A stretch of 63,797 bases of DNA, filler included, from Globobulimina sp. (taxonomy: Eukaryota): NCBI GenBank assembly GCA_003354225.1. It is 35 parts of 35 records of this genome, joined end to end, with 100 filler letters (N's around TTAATTAATTAA, not from the genome) between each part and the next. Parts side by side here need not be neighbours in the genome. Positions count along the whole stretch, not along the records: positions 10,963 to 12,689 come from PIVH01012652.1; positions 12,790 to 14,515 come from PIVH01012653.1; positions 14,616 to 16,341 come from PIVH01012654.1; positions 16,442 to 18,167 come from PIVH01012655.1; positions 18,268 to 19,993 come from PIVH01012656.1; positions 20,094 to 21,819 come from PIVH01012657.1; positions 21,920 to 23,645 come from PIVH01012658.1; 28 more parts are not named here. One strand, written 5' to 3'. This document shows, one piece after another, positions 10,963 to 23,104 of this stretch (positions are counted from its first letter, which is position 1; every line of letters starts with the position of its first letter). Position numbers and translations under genes: made by a program. The notes beneath the pieces are model-generated. The model searched no databases, was not told where the DNA came from, and saw nothing but the letters and a program-made list of their open reading frames with translations.

Positions 10963-11305
10963 AATACTAAAGAACCCGCCATGTTTGTAGTTCATCATAT
11001 AGGAACTTACCCCATAAGTGAAACCATTATTTTCACGAAGATTCGACATTAATCTTGATCCGAAATAACCGCCGAGAACAGTGTTAAGAACAATAAGACT
11101 GTTGTAATCAGGATGTTGCTTGCTAATAATTGGTCTTCCGATTCGTATTGCCGATTGTAGAGCTCCTTCCTTTTCTACAAACTTATCCAAATCTTCAACT
11201 TCATTAACAATATTTATATTTGAGTAGGGAGCATTGATTTTACTCCCATTTTCTTTTCCAAAGTGCTTGTTGATTAAAGAAATCGTTTGGTCATTAATTT
11301 TACCG
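10963..11305 (-). CDS. Bacterial M16 (insulinase-family) peptidase fragment
   Basis: QSAIRIG...HPDY..L.VLNTVLGGYFGSRLMSNLRENNGFTYGV. Confidence 0.85.
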
Positions 11306-12689
11306 CTCATTTTGCGCATTTTATTGACTCGGCCTATCCAAAAAACAGCAATCTCACAGTGCCGCAACTGAAGATTGCTAATAATATCATAACGGCGTCC
11401 CCTATAATTCTGCCGTTTAAGTTATTCGATTACAAACACAACCAACGTCTCATGCTGTGGTCATTTGACGTCAAGGCAATGTATCCCAGTCTGATCCATT
11501 CATTTTGCCTGCAAGTTTTGGATCTGTATTGGGATAAATACTCCGCTTCCCTCCCTCCAAACCCATCCAAAAACTGTGTTAAAGCATTCCTATGGTTCTC
11601 CATTAAAAACGCCATCTCAACCTTCAATGGCAAACTCTATCAGAAAATTGCAGGCATTGGAGCCGGTGAGGACTTTGCTGCTCAGTTAGCAGACATATCT
11701 ATCAGTTACGTTTGCGAATTCCTGCATAGTGCCCGGTGGCTATCCAACACGACGACGGGCAATCTGTTTTACAATGGAGCATACAGAGACGATATGTTTA
11801 ATGTTGGATACACTTCATACCATCACATCGAACAAATTCGTAATGGTATTAGCACTTTAACCGAAGGCATTGTTTTTACTTCAGACATAAAATGTGGAGG
11901 TTTAGTATGTGTGTTCTTAGACTCAAAACTGTTTCTGACACCTTCAGGAATCCAGGTACAGATATTCGCAAAGACCACGGACGACCACGCTTATCTCAAA
12001 ACGTCGTCGCAACATCCGGCATATCAATGGAAGGGCATCGTGAAAGGCGTTGCCCTCAAAGCCCGCAGTATTTGTGATGATTATTTCGTCGACGAAGCCT
12101 TCTATAACTACAAATGTTTCATGATTCGAAGAGATTATAACCATGTATTGGTCAATCAGATATTCAATGAGCTGCGCAAGAAATCAAAGGAGGAAGCGTT
12201 GAAATTGTGGTTTCCCAACAAACCCAGAACACGCTATCGCAAATCGTCAAGGCCACAACCACCACATCTCAACTCTGAGACTGTTCCAACAAATCCCCAA
12301 CAATCTCTCCCTCCAACAGTCCATACCAACAAACTCAATCTCAAAATCATGCACCATTTATTTCGCGAAACCAACAATCCCATATTTTATAACTCCCTCA
12401 ATAAACTTAAATATTTAGGCCATGCACCTTTGTCATTCATTGATGACAATCCAAATCTGTCCTTATTCATCAATCCAACCCTGGACAATGATGAAAAGTG
12501 GCAGCTCAATAATATAAACTGTGCATACCACAAACCAATCAAATCTGCCAATTCGACCCCAGCCCCAAAGCTGTGGTTAGTTCGTGAGTTCCATCCGAAT
12601 CACGCGGACTTCTACAAAATCGCCAAAGTCAATTACAGCAAGTTCCTCCGCACCAAACCAACCTTGTCCGTGTTATTCCCGTTGGAGGA
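11287..12689 (+). mobile_element. Penelope-like retroelement reverse transcriptase, partial
   Basis: FDVKAMYPS, YQKIAGIGAG, YRDD, FLD, K.TD..AYL...S.HP......IVKG thumb motif. Confidence 0.85.
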
Positions 12690-12789
12690 NNNNNNNNNNN
12701 NNNNNNNNNNNNNNNNNNNNNNNNNNNNNNNNNTTAATTAATTAANNNNNNNNNNNNNNNNNNNNNNNNNNNNNNNNNNNNNNNNNNNN

Positions 12790-13394
12790 GCAGCTACATT
12801 GACATGACATTTTGCACAAAATGTCATGTCTAAACTCATAATTCGCCTTAATTATGAGATATAAATATATTTAGCTGCTGTATTCCCTAAAATACAGTGG
12901 TATAAAATTCATATTGATGAATTAGAGTAATTCGACTCAAATCGTAATGGATTTCCGCATAAATGAATTATTTCTAATTTGCAACAATTTGACTCAAATC
13001 GTAATTGATTTCCGCAAAATATGATTGTTCTCAATTAATTGAATTTAATCTTCAAATATATAATGTTGAATAGTTTATTATTAATCTTCTCTCTGACACC
13101 TCAGCAATATTTGATGTTTTATGACTTGATATTGCATTGCACACTCTTTACAATGTCTGTGCGTCCCAATTTTGTCACGAGCCCATCCTTTAAGCGAAGT
13201 GACTCAACTTTGAACTGTATTTTCTTAAACTTTTAAAAAACTTTGTCAACTTAAATGAAACCCTACAAGCTTTAAGGGAATACCATTATTATGGTCATTC
13301 TCTAATCGTTCTGGGCATTTTTGTGTTGTGTTTGCCCTTAAAAATTTGCATATTGTTAATTATAATTTAATAATATTAAACGTATACAATTTCA
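12790..13394 (+). ncRNA. Candidate structured non-coding leader of YR element copy C
   Basis: Same stems as copy B; several differences keep pairing through G-U or A-U. Confidence 0.45.
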
Positions 13395-13400
13395 GAATAT

Positions 13401-14515
13401 CTGAAAGCCAGATTGGGTGATAATAGAATAGCACCAAAAGATAAGCTTAATACTGCCCATATAAAGAAGATTAGAACTGGGGATAAAATACATTTAACTA
13501 AAACTCATTATGTTTCAGCGTTGAAAAATTGGACCAAATATTGCTTACAAATTGATGAAAATCCATTGGGAATGCCTTTAGACCCATTGGTTGTAACATA
13601 TTGGTTCTCTGAAAGATCACTCCAATTAGGAAGTGTTGCATCAATAACCACATGGCAATCTTGCTTAGGATGGCTGTGTGACTTAAAAGGAGGATCCCAT
13701 GAATGGAAAAATGATTATGATTTCAACCAATTTAAAAAAGGATTAAAAATTGAATATGCAGTTAATGCCGATCCAAGACTGCCATTTGAATTAGAAAACT
13801 TAATAAAATATACAAAGAAATATAAAGCCTATGGACGGCACTTAATAACAATTGATTTGAATATATTAATGAATGTTTTATTAATGCAAATATATTTTTG
13901 TACCATGGTAAGACCGTGCGAATATTTGGTAAATATCCGTAGCAAAACCAAATTCGGACTTAAAATGAAAAACATTGAACATTTATGGTCAACAAAAGTA
14001 AAGGAATGGTACTTCAGATTATCTGTATTATCTTTCAAGAATCAAAAATACAGAAAAGTAATAAAAATTGTAATTATCGGAGATTCAAAATGTGGCAAAA
14101 GGTATATGCCAGGAACCAGCAAAACATGTCCTTGTAATTATATTAATCCATATCTATTATTAAAAGTATATCTTAAGAGAATACGAGAATTCTCAATTAA
14201 ATATTCGCATTATAATTTAAATAAAGATTCGAATGTATTTAGATTTAAGAATGGATTGGATGTTTCAACTAAACATCTCGCGGACTTATCCACCGAATTA
14301 AAAACACTTTGCAAATTATCTGAACCCAAACGATATACAGCATATTCGTACAGGATTGGTGGAGCATCCTTGTCGAACAATAATCGAATACCACATCCAA
14401 AAATATTGAAATATGTTGGATGGAAACCTGCAAATCTCCCTCATGTGTCTTACCTATATATGAGATACAAAGAGGATGATTTTATAATATTTATTAGAGA
14501 ATTGTTACATGGATC
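13401..14515 (+). CDS. DIRS/Crypton-like tyrosine recombinase, no stop before contig end
   Basis: Core-binding N-domain; catalytic R (MVRPCE), K (SFKNQ), YSYRIGGA, GW, YMRY. Confidence 0.9.
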
Positions 14516-14615
14516 NNNNNNNNNNNNNNNNNNNNNNNNNNNNNNNNNNNNNNNNNNNNTTAATTAATTAANNNNNNNNNNNNNNNNNNNNNNNNNNNNN
14601 NNNNNNNNNNNNNNN

Positions 14616-16211
14616 TTACACTTTGAAAATTGGTTAGAATCCAATGAAAATAAATTAAAATTGGAAAATAGTCGAGAAATAAATGAAATTAATCAGGAAA
14701 TGATTGAACAAAGAAATAAATTGAAACAAGAAACAAATTTAAGTTCATTAGAATTAAAATTAACGCTAACTTCAGAATTACAAAGATCTAAATTGGATGC
14801 ATTGAATAAAAAACTACAAACTGCCAAACCATTGCAAGAAAACAAAGATTTAATAAATAAAAATGAAGACATTGAAAATGAAGAAAAAGCGCGAGAAATA
14901 AAAAATATTCAAAAGGAAAATGAAGAAAAAAATCGTCAGGAAATATTAGAACAAGAAAATGTGTCATATTTTGAGAATGGAGCTTTTTTACGAGATTATG
15001 AAATACAGCAACAGTTATTGGAGATATTTGGTTATTTTATAAAAATATGGAACGAAAATCAAGCACAAAATGAAGAAAATGATAAATTATTTATTTCAAC
15101 ACTGTATTTATTACAAAACTTATGCAAAAGATTGCGAGAAATAATATCGATGAAAACACTAAAAACGTTGCGATTAAATGAAGAAATTATGATTAAAATG
15201 AAAAAAAATGAGTTTATTGCAAATCATATGGATAATTTATTGTGTTCCATTGGTTTTACATTATCAGCAGCCAATGACAAGGCAAATGGATATATTCCCC
15301 AACAATCAAATATTTTCATTGATGCCGGTATTTGTAATATTTTAGCCAAATTAGATGAATATCATAGCAAATATAAGAAATATTTATTCAAAGTGAATGA
15401 TAAAAATATAGATTATATAAAATCATTTGAAATGGATTATAGAAAATCAGTAAACAAGAAAGGTGCGCCTAGGAAAGTGATGACATGCAATGAAAATAAA
15501 AATGTAATTGATACTCCGTACATTGCAGCATCCCAATCACCGTCACCATCACCAGCACCACATCATTCTCATACTCATACTCATTCAGATAATAATAAAC
15601 ATTGTAGTTGCTGTCCAATTGACTCACCAAAAAGGGCAACAAAAATGGATTATTTAGGAAGAAATAGAAAGAATGTGATATCAATGAATGAGTTAGAAAA
15701 TTATTCAACAGCAGTTTCAGATATACAATTAAACTCAAAATACATTGAAACGGAAGGTTCTGTACAACAGAGAGTGCGAACAACATCAACATTTCCTCGA
15801 TTATTGAGTTCAAAGGATGCATTTCCGACTATTGTTATTCAGCCACATTGTATTGATTTTGGTGATATTTTAATTGGATATATTTACAGATTTACGGCAT
15901 CGATAACAAATCATGGACATAGTCAGGCGAGATTTAAAATAGATATTGAGGGAAATAATAATCCAGACATTCATATCAAACCATATTACAGAGCTGGTGG
16001 TATTGCGCCTGGCATCACCATTATGTTAGAAATTGAATTTTATGCAAAGCGTCTGAAAGCAGGGAAATATGCAAACCGTTTAAAAATAAAAACACAAAAA
16101 CATATTTTTAATGTCAATATAAAAGCGAATATAATTGAAGATAGTTTTATTAATCCTGTCAATAATAATAACAAAAAAAGTAGAGTCACTTGTTTAGGAA
16201 AGAAATACTGA
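14616..16211 (+). CDS. Coiled-coil protein with C-terminal ASH/Hydin-like Ig domain, 5'-partial
   Basis: IDFGDILIG...ITNHG..ARFKI...GGIAPG. Confidence 0.6.
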   Translation, partial: LHFENWLESNENKLKLENSREINEINQEMIEQRNKLKQETNLSSLELKLTLTSELQRSKLDALNKKLQTAKPLQENKDLINKNEDIENEEKAREIKNIQKENEEKNRQEILEQENVSYFENGAFLRDYEIQQQLLEIFGYFIKIWNENQAQNEENDKLFISTLYLLQNLCKRLREIISMKTLKTLRLNEEIMIKMKKNEFIANHMDNLLCSIGFTLSAANDKANGYIPQQSNIFIDAGICNILAKLDEYHSKYKKYLFKVNDKNIDYIKSFEMDYRKSVNKKGAPRKVMTCNENKNVIDTPYIAASQSPSPSPAPHHSHTHTHSDNNKHCSCCPIDSPKRATKMDYLGRNRKNVISMNELENYSTAVSDIQLNSKYIETEGSVQQRVRTTSTFPRLLSSKDAFPTIVIQPHCIDFGDILIGYIYRFTASITNHGHSQARFKIDIEGNNNPDIHIKPYYRAGGIAPGITIMLEIEFYAKRLKAGKYANRLKIKTQKHIFNVNIKANIIEDSFINPVNNNNKKSRVTCLGKKY

Positions 16212-16441
16212 TGTTTCTTGTTCTGAGTTTGTCATTTATTTAATTTAAACTAATTCACTATATATAGGGGGAATCCATCAATTTGTATAACTTGGAGCAT
16301 AACTGTTACTTAAATATTACATGGCACGTATTTGATTGCTGNNNNNNNNNNNNNNNNNNNNNNNNNNNNNNNNNNNNNNNNNNNNTTAATTAATTAANNN
16401 NNNNNNNNNNNNNNNNNNNNNNNNNNNNNNNNNNNNNNNNN

Positions 16442-16899
16442 TTTGTGCTGATACAATATACAGAGTAAGATGTACTGTGAGGTTTGTTAATCAATTAATT
16501 GTAGATATCAACAGAGCTTTTATCGAAAATATAAAGGTTGAGGATGTAGGAACTGGTTTAAGAGTTAAATTTGGTCCATTTCAAATGCCTTTGTGCTATA
16601 TGGGTGATGTAACCATCCCATACGATAATATTAAGTCGTATCATGAACCAAATGGTAGTTGTGATGGTTTTTGTGGGTTTGGAGTTGGATATAATCGATT
16701 CGTTAGTTTGAGGCAACATTCATTGTGTTCGTGTGATTGCAGTCATATACAATTGGTGATTGAGCATAAAACTGAGGAGTCAATGTGTCTTGGACGTTAT
16801 GATAAAATTACAATTGCTGTCAACGGTGATGATTATTTAGCATTGACACGATTACTCGATGAGAAACTTGGTGTTCTCAGCAAAACAGCCATCATATAA
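16442..16899 (+). CDS. Hypothetical protein, 5'-partial
   Basis: 140-aa ORF; no confident family. Confidence 0.45.
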
Positions 16900-17086
16900 T
16901 AAATAGCATTCACTGGGTGTTAATATCAATTATAATGTAATTATTATTTTTTTTATAAATAAATCTTTCTGACAGTTTCTGTTCGCTGGCTACTGACCAC
17001 CAAAATAACGAATAATTGAAAAATTAGAATTAAATTATTACCTAACGTACAAACTACTATTTACACTCATTAAAAATCAAAATCAT

Positions 17087-18167
17087 TTAATTCTTCTTCA
17101 ATATAACAGTATTTGCAATTGATAACTTAAACGAGAATGCGTTTTTTCTTTCAATAAACGACATTTTATCTTCTTTGATCAATGTAAACATTCTTAACAT
17201 TTCCTTCAATGCATCGGAAGATGTCTTATTTCCTGTACCGCCAATCCATTTTATTTTGTTTGTAACAGTGTCATTCCAATCATAACACTCACTAAAAATC
17301 AATATTCCTCCTTTATTCACTCTCCTTTGGATTGAATTTACAAATTTCTTTGGCGAATGCAACTTATCCAACAAATTTAAGATTACAACACAATCATATT
17401 TATTATACGACAATGCAATCGTGTGATAATCCTTAATCTCTACAAAATTACATTTACTCAATATAGTTTTATCACATTTTAAGTCCTTAAATGCCGCCGA
17501 TTTATACCCATCCACTATATCGCCGTGATTTGGTAGTTCCCACTCGATCATTTGTGCCGTTTTAAAGGTATTTGCAGCGGCGATACAATCTCCATTGGTG
17601 TCGATGCCGTCCATTGCAACAAAATGTTTTGCCATTTCAAATACTAAACGACCGGAGCCACAGCCCACGACCATCCCTTTCCGCTTTATTTTGCTGCTTA
17701 AAACCCCGATTTCTGACAATGTTTGGGGAAATTGGCGATTCCATATTGAGATTCATCGAAGAAATTAAAATGGATATTCATATTTTTTACTATTATTCGT
17801 CGTTTTTCTTCTGTTTCTGTTTAGTTTATAGTACTGTATATATACTGAAGTATGACAATATAAGTTAGAACCTTTATTGTCATCTGAATTGAGTGATCGT
17901 TGAGAGATTTGTCGATTTAATTGTGCAGATACTTGGGTTTGATGGCCGGATATTTGTGCTGGATGAGGCCGCTTTGCATAATGCTGTGATTGTCCTTGTG
18001 CTGATACCTGTGGTTGGTGACCACGGTTTGCATATTGTTGTTGCTGTTGTTTAGGTGGAGATGGTTGCCAATGCTGTGGTTGTTGGTTTTGTTTAGGTGG
18101 TTGACTTGGAAGTGGTTTCCCAGATTGTTGTTGAGGCTGAGGTTGCTCATATTGTTTAGGTGGAGGT
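17087..18167 (-). CDS. P/Q-rich region fused to an OvoA C-terminal-like SAM methyltransferase; intron 17817-17871; apparent 1-nt frameshift near 17722
   Basis: GCGSGRLVFEMAKHF..GID, LNLLDKL..P, W.....K.KWIGG; upstream frame NIHF...YGIANFP matches the OvoA C-domain start. Confidence 0.65.
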
Positions 18168-18267
18168 NNNNNNNNNNNNNNNNNNNNNNNNNNNNNNNNN
18201 NNNNNNNNNNNTTAATTAATTAANNNNNNNNNNNNNNNNNNNNNNNNNNNNNNNNNNNNNNNNNNNN

Positions 18268-18877
18268 AACTGTTTATAATATACGAATATGAAAGATTTA
18301 TATCGGAAAATGAATAAGTTTGCAAATTTGGTAGAATTTCATCATGAAACAAAGATAATGCAAAATCATATTTGTTTACAAATTGAGTACAAACATATAA
18401 CATTGACATAGTGACACAATTTATATTATTTTGGTAATAGGGATCATTTTTATTTTCATTTTGTGTTTTGATTAATTGGTATAACTGTTTGCATGCATTG
18501 TAATCATTTAAGCGCATCAATTTGTGCATTGCCATTGAAATTAGATATTTATCGAAATTTCTATCGTTTAGCATTTCAGAGCGCGAAATAGTTTTTAAAA
18601 CAGCAAATACTTGCCGTCGATTCAAACATTCCTCAATCTGTTGCTTATAAATACCATGAAACTGTTTTGGTTTATATTTCTTTTGTGTGATATTGCTGGT
18701 TAAAATGTTTTGAATAGACACATTCCGCGAAGAATAGTTTAATTCTTCCAGTTTTTCGTTTAATTTGTCCAATTGAACAATGGTTGATGGTGTCAGTTTT
18801 GTTGAATTAAACCGTATAAAAAGTCTTTGAATGTAGAAGCGATGACTCCTAGCATATAACAACAAACGTTTTTTCAT
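18268..18877 (-). CDS. Putative mitochondrial helical-repeat (PPR-like) protein, N-terminal part
   Basis: Arg-rich presequence-like N-terminus; helical repeats. Confidence 0.5.
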
Positions 18878-19182
18878 AGTTTTCTTCGGACTAAAAACAA
18901 GGTCAACCTTTAATTTAAATAATGTCAGTTAATTCAGCCACACCTTTTTTGCAAGTCTTGCCACCGTCAACAAGACAGACACATCGAAGAGTGAGTGTTA
19001 AAGATGTATTTGTAAAGAGAAAGCAAAATCTAACGCTGAATGAACTGTCGCAAGTATGCCATATATAATCTACAAATCTATCCTCGCACTTGTATCACAT
19101 GAAGCAAATATACTTTATTTAGCATGAAGGATATCGTGTTTACTATTTCATATTTGCCCGGATACGATGGTTATTAATATTA

Positions 19183-19953
19183 TTGGGTTTATGGGCGCCA
19201 CGAGGTGGTGGATGGGGCCATTGGTGTCTTCGTAATTTATATCCAGTATTCATATATATCTGTATTTTATATCCATGGACGACGTTCCTCACTCAAGAAG
19301 CCTATTGGTCAGTGCCTGTTTTCTTATTTATTAATCTGCATTTAAGCGGCATCTTTGCCTATCGATCGGCACGGAAATATTGGAAACAACAACCAAATCA
19401 TTTGGTTTCTTTCATAACTTCAACATTTATTCCATTCTATGATGATATCTCTCAATTTCAGCGTTCTTACGAACGATCAATCAAACAAACAGATGATCAA
19501 AGTCACAGTCAAAGTGATACCTCTTTTAGCCATAAACAGAAAACAACCACATTACAAATGGGATTTCAACAAAGAAATAAAAAATATAACCGTCAAAGAA
19601 ATAGGATGACAAAAAAATATCATCAATATGGCATCGGAATTGGTTTAGGTGGTTTTGGACTGGCCACGGCCACCGATGCTCTTATTCAACAAAATAATGT
19701 GACAAAATCCAGACCGGTACGTTCGCAAAATCAATCTGCTCAAAAACAGTTAAAACACAAAGAGAAACAGCAACCGAATGAGAAAAAAAGTGATGATGAA
19801 TTTGACGAATTTGATATTCATGAATCTTTGAAAAAAATTCGCCAAGAAACTGCTGATCCATTCTTGCAAAAAGAAGAAAATATTTCATCGTGGTCCAATA
19901 TCGCTGGAACGGAAAATAAATTATCACTCTCACTGTTTTATGAAGGTAAGTAA
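19183..19953 (+). CDS. Membrane protein exon, unknown family
   Basis: TM segments; ends at a GTAAGT donor-like site. Confidence 0.5.
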   Translation: MGLWAPRGGGWGHWCLRNLYPVFIYICILYPWTTFLTQEAYWSVPVFLFINLHLSGIFAYRSARKYWKQQPNHLVSFITSTFIPFYDDISQFQRSYERSIKQTDDQSHSQSDTSFSHKQKTTTLQMGFQQRNKKYNRQRNRMTKKYHQYGIGIGLGGFGLATATDALIQQNNVTKSRPVRSQNQSAQKQLKHKEKQQPNEKKSDDEFDEFDIHESLKKIRQETADPFLQKEENISSWSNIAGTENKLSLSLFYEGK

Positions 19954-20910
19954 CATTGTATTGCTATATTTTTTTTCTTTGTAACATGAGATTNNNNNNN
20001 NNNNNNNNNNNNNNNNNNNNNNNNNNNNNNNNNNNNNTTAATTAATTAANNNNNNNNNNNNNNNNNNNNNNNNNNNNNNNNNNNNNNNNNNNNTTGTATT
20101 CCGTTGCATTGCTTTCATTCATTACATGACATGATTTGATCTGCAAACAATGTTAACAAACACATTCAAAAAAATAGATTCAATTCATTCGATTGATTGC
20201 ATTGGTATCATTCCTTTCATTCATTACATGATTTGATCTGCAAACAATGTTAACAAACACATTAAAAAAATAGATTGCATTGGTATCATTGCACTCATTT
20301 CATTCACACTGAACAATCACAATTAACGCGCATACAAACACAATTAACACGACGCAAATGTTCGTTGTTGGGATCATTGTTACACGAGTGGTTATTTTAA
20401 TAGTTTTATTCGTTATAATACACTCAATTCGTATTTGTTTGTTGTTTTGTCCATTGATATGTCCATTGATGCTGATCAGGATTACGATGTGTACAATGTT
20501 TTTTGCGTCGCACTTATTGGTTGCACATGTTCCAAGCCGAGTTGACTCAATTTTGAAAACTTTTCGCCCATCGTTTCGTTTCCAGAAAAAAAGGATAAAT
20601 TACACCATGAATCAACACGCACATTTAGTCCGACAGACAGAATTGCTGATAAAAGATAAGGACGTCATAAAGGGTGGAAATAGAACCAATCAATGCAATC
20701 AGATCATAAGGGTGGAAATAGAATGCTTGAATTTGCAGGAATGTCATTTTTAGTCACAGGATACCAATATGCAACCAAAGTCGCATGGTTAGAATATATT
20801 GAAATCATCCATTGCTGTTCAATGAATCTATGTATGTTTTTATTTCAATGCCATTACATTGAATCCATTAATTACATTGAATCCAAGAATCCATTGGATT
20901 ATTCAAATTA

Positions 20911-21390
20911 AAAGACATAAGAAAGACTCATGTGCTTCGTGCATTTGTACATGAAGCAATGAGGTTATATCCCGTCTTCAGAACCACCTTAGCAAGAAAT
21001 GATATAAATGTCACTAATTTAAAAATTGGCGGTTATAATATTCCAAATAATTCCGAAATTTATGGAAATATACAACATATTTCTCATAGTAAATTGTATT
21101 GGAAATGTCCAAATTCATTTTGTATTGACAATTTTTTAGATGATGAAAAATTTAAAACAAACTCAGCATTTATTAATTTTGGATATGGTAGAAGAAATTG
21201 TCCCGGACAGCACATTGCGATCAATAATTTGTATTTAATAATATCATCATTAATATACAGATATAAATTTGAGATTCCACACAATTGTTATCAAACAAAT
21301 GATCAATTCATTATTCCAAATTTTATTGTTGGAGAAAATCAAAATGATGGAACAAACCACTTATTTATACAAATTTTAAAACGTCAATGA
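20911..21390 (+). CDS. Cytochrome P450 C-terminal fragment
   Basis: EAMR (ExxR) and FGYGRRNCPG heme motif; upstream part missing. Confidence 0.9.
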   Translation, partial: KDIRKTHVLRAFVHEAMRLYPVFRTTLARNDINVTNLKIGGYNIPNNSEIYGNIQHISHSKLYWKCPNSFCIDNFLDDEKFKTNSAFINFGYGRRNCPGQHIAINNLYLIISSLIYRYKFEIPHNCYQTNDQFIIPNFIVGENQNDGTNHLFIQILKRQ

Positions 21391-21971
21391 TTAAAGTTAA
21401 TTTAAACAATATAATAAAAAATAGCAGTGATCTTTTTGTTGTGAAAAATAAATCATTATTTTATGGGTTGTTTTTCTACGTTATTTTTCATTTTTTTAAT
21501 AATCAAAATAGAAACATTCGTGAGGTACTTGTAGACATAGTCAAAATTTTGTTCATTCTTGTCATTTGTAAATATTTCATCGGATTTTCGTTTTTTTGGA
21601 TTTATATGAGCGTTTCGTTGTTTCCAAAATATTGGTCGATTTCTGAAACATTTGTATACAAAGTTTGATAATTGAAGAGTCGTCATTTAAAAGGAACACT
21701 TAACTCTTTTTTTAGCTATATCCAATCATACAATCTTATCCTAACAAAATCCGATGACTTCAATGATGCCATGTCTATTTCCATCCATATCCAATCATAC
21801 AATCTTATCCTAACAAAATNNNNNNNNNNNNNNNNNNNNNNNNNNNNNNNNNNNNNNNNNNNNTTAATTAATTAANNNNNNNNNNNNNNNNNNNNNNNNN
21901 NNNNNNNNNNNNNNNNNNNGTATATTTAAAAAACGAAAAGAAAAGTAAAATATTAAATTAATGATTGCAAT

Positions 21972-23020
21972 TTACATGCTTGGGAATAAGAGTGACTGAT
22001 ATCGTCTGCAACAAACAGCAAATTCATTGAAATCTAATTCTTCATTTCCGTCCGAATCCGCTAAATGCATAATTTTCTCCACTCGTTCAGTTAATTGGTT
22101 GCCTTTTAATAATTGTGTAGCAGAAATAATTGCCGTTAATTCCTGTTTGTCAATCAATCCATTACCATCAATATCAAATATCTCAAATGAAAATTGAATT
22201 TTCATTTCTAAACTTGGGGCTAAAATCGAAACAAGTGATATTAAAAAATATCTATAATCGATATATTTATCACTGCCAAGTGATTCATGTTGAAATAAAC
22301 TGAATAATTCTTTACTTTCCTGTGTTACCTTAATTTTTGTACATGCACAGAAATCGGCAAAATCACATATTCCCTTTTTACGGTCATCCATGTCGTCCAT
22401 TAACAAAAAGTTATTATGTATATCTTTCATTGATTTGGTTTCGAAAACTAATATTTCTAATAATTGCCTTAACCGTTCGGTTCGATTCCGTTGTTGTTGT
22501 AATATATCAATATCAGCCACAGAAAATTTGGTTGCCATTCGGTTGAGGATTGTAACGGGTTTTTTATAGATTCCTGCTTCTCTACAAACCATTGCTTCAA
22601 ATTCTTCATATTCGATTTGTCCATCCCCATTCTGTCAGAATCAGTTGCAATTAATTAATATTATACATTTTATATCGGAAAAACAAAAGAAAAACACATT
22701 TTACACGTAACTTCATCGCACATTTTGATCATTTCATCGACTTCTTTGTCAGTTACTTTCTCGCCTAATCTCGTAAAGCAAATCTTTATTTCTGCAGCGC
22801 AAACAAATCCGTTGCTATCAAGATCAAAATCATCAAAGCATTGCTTCATTTCTTTATCAGAGAAATGTTTTATATTTGAATTATTCACTGTAAATTCACT
22901 TTTTGCAGGTTTCGTTTCCACATTTTCATCGGGATCCAGCGGACTTTTAGCAAATGTTAATGGCGGTAACGACTCCTTCTTCCTTTTATTTGGAGTAAAG
23001 ACTCTTTTAATCGCATCCAT
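21972..23020 (-). CDS. Multi-EF-hand calcium-binding protein, intron 22632-22711
   Basis: DLDSNG, spliced DE|NGDGQIEYEEF, DIDGNG, DSDGNE. Confidence 0.9.
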
Positions 23021-23104
23021 TTATTAAACTTTGATAGCAACATTTTCTGAAAAAAAAACTTGAAAAGTTTAAAGTGACTGCTACAGAATAATACGACAAA
23101 CAAT

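Larger units (their letters stand above)
12790..14515 (+). mobile_element. Tyrosine-recombinase element, copy C (intact frame)
   Basis: Homologous end-to-end to copies A and B. Confidence 0.85.

Noticed and set aside
13039-13236. 65-aa ORF in the leader of copy C
   Set aside because: Broken by indels and stops in copies A and B
17917-18150. 77-aa N/H-rich ORF
   Set aside because: Wrong frame; the P/Q-rich frame splices to the methyltransferase
20094-20330. ~100-bp tandem duplication
   Set aside because: Simple local duplication with no further structure
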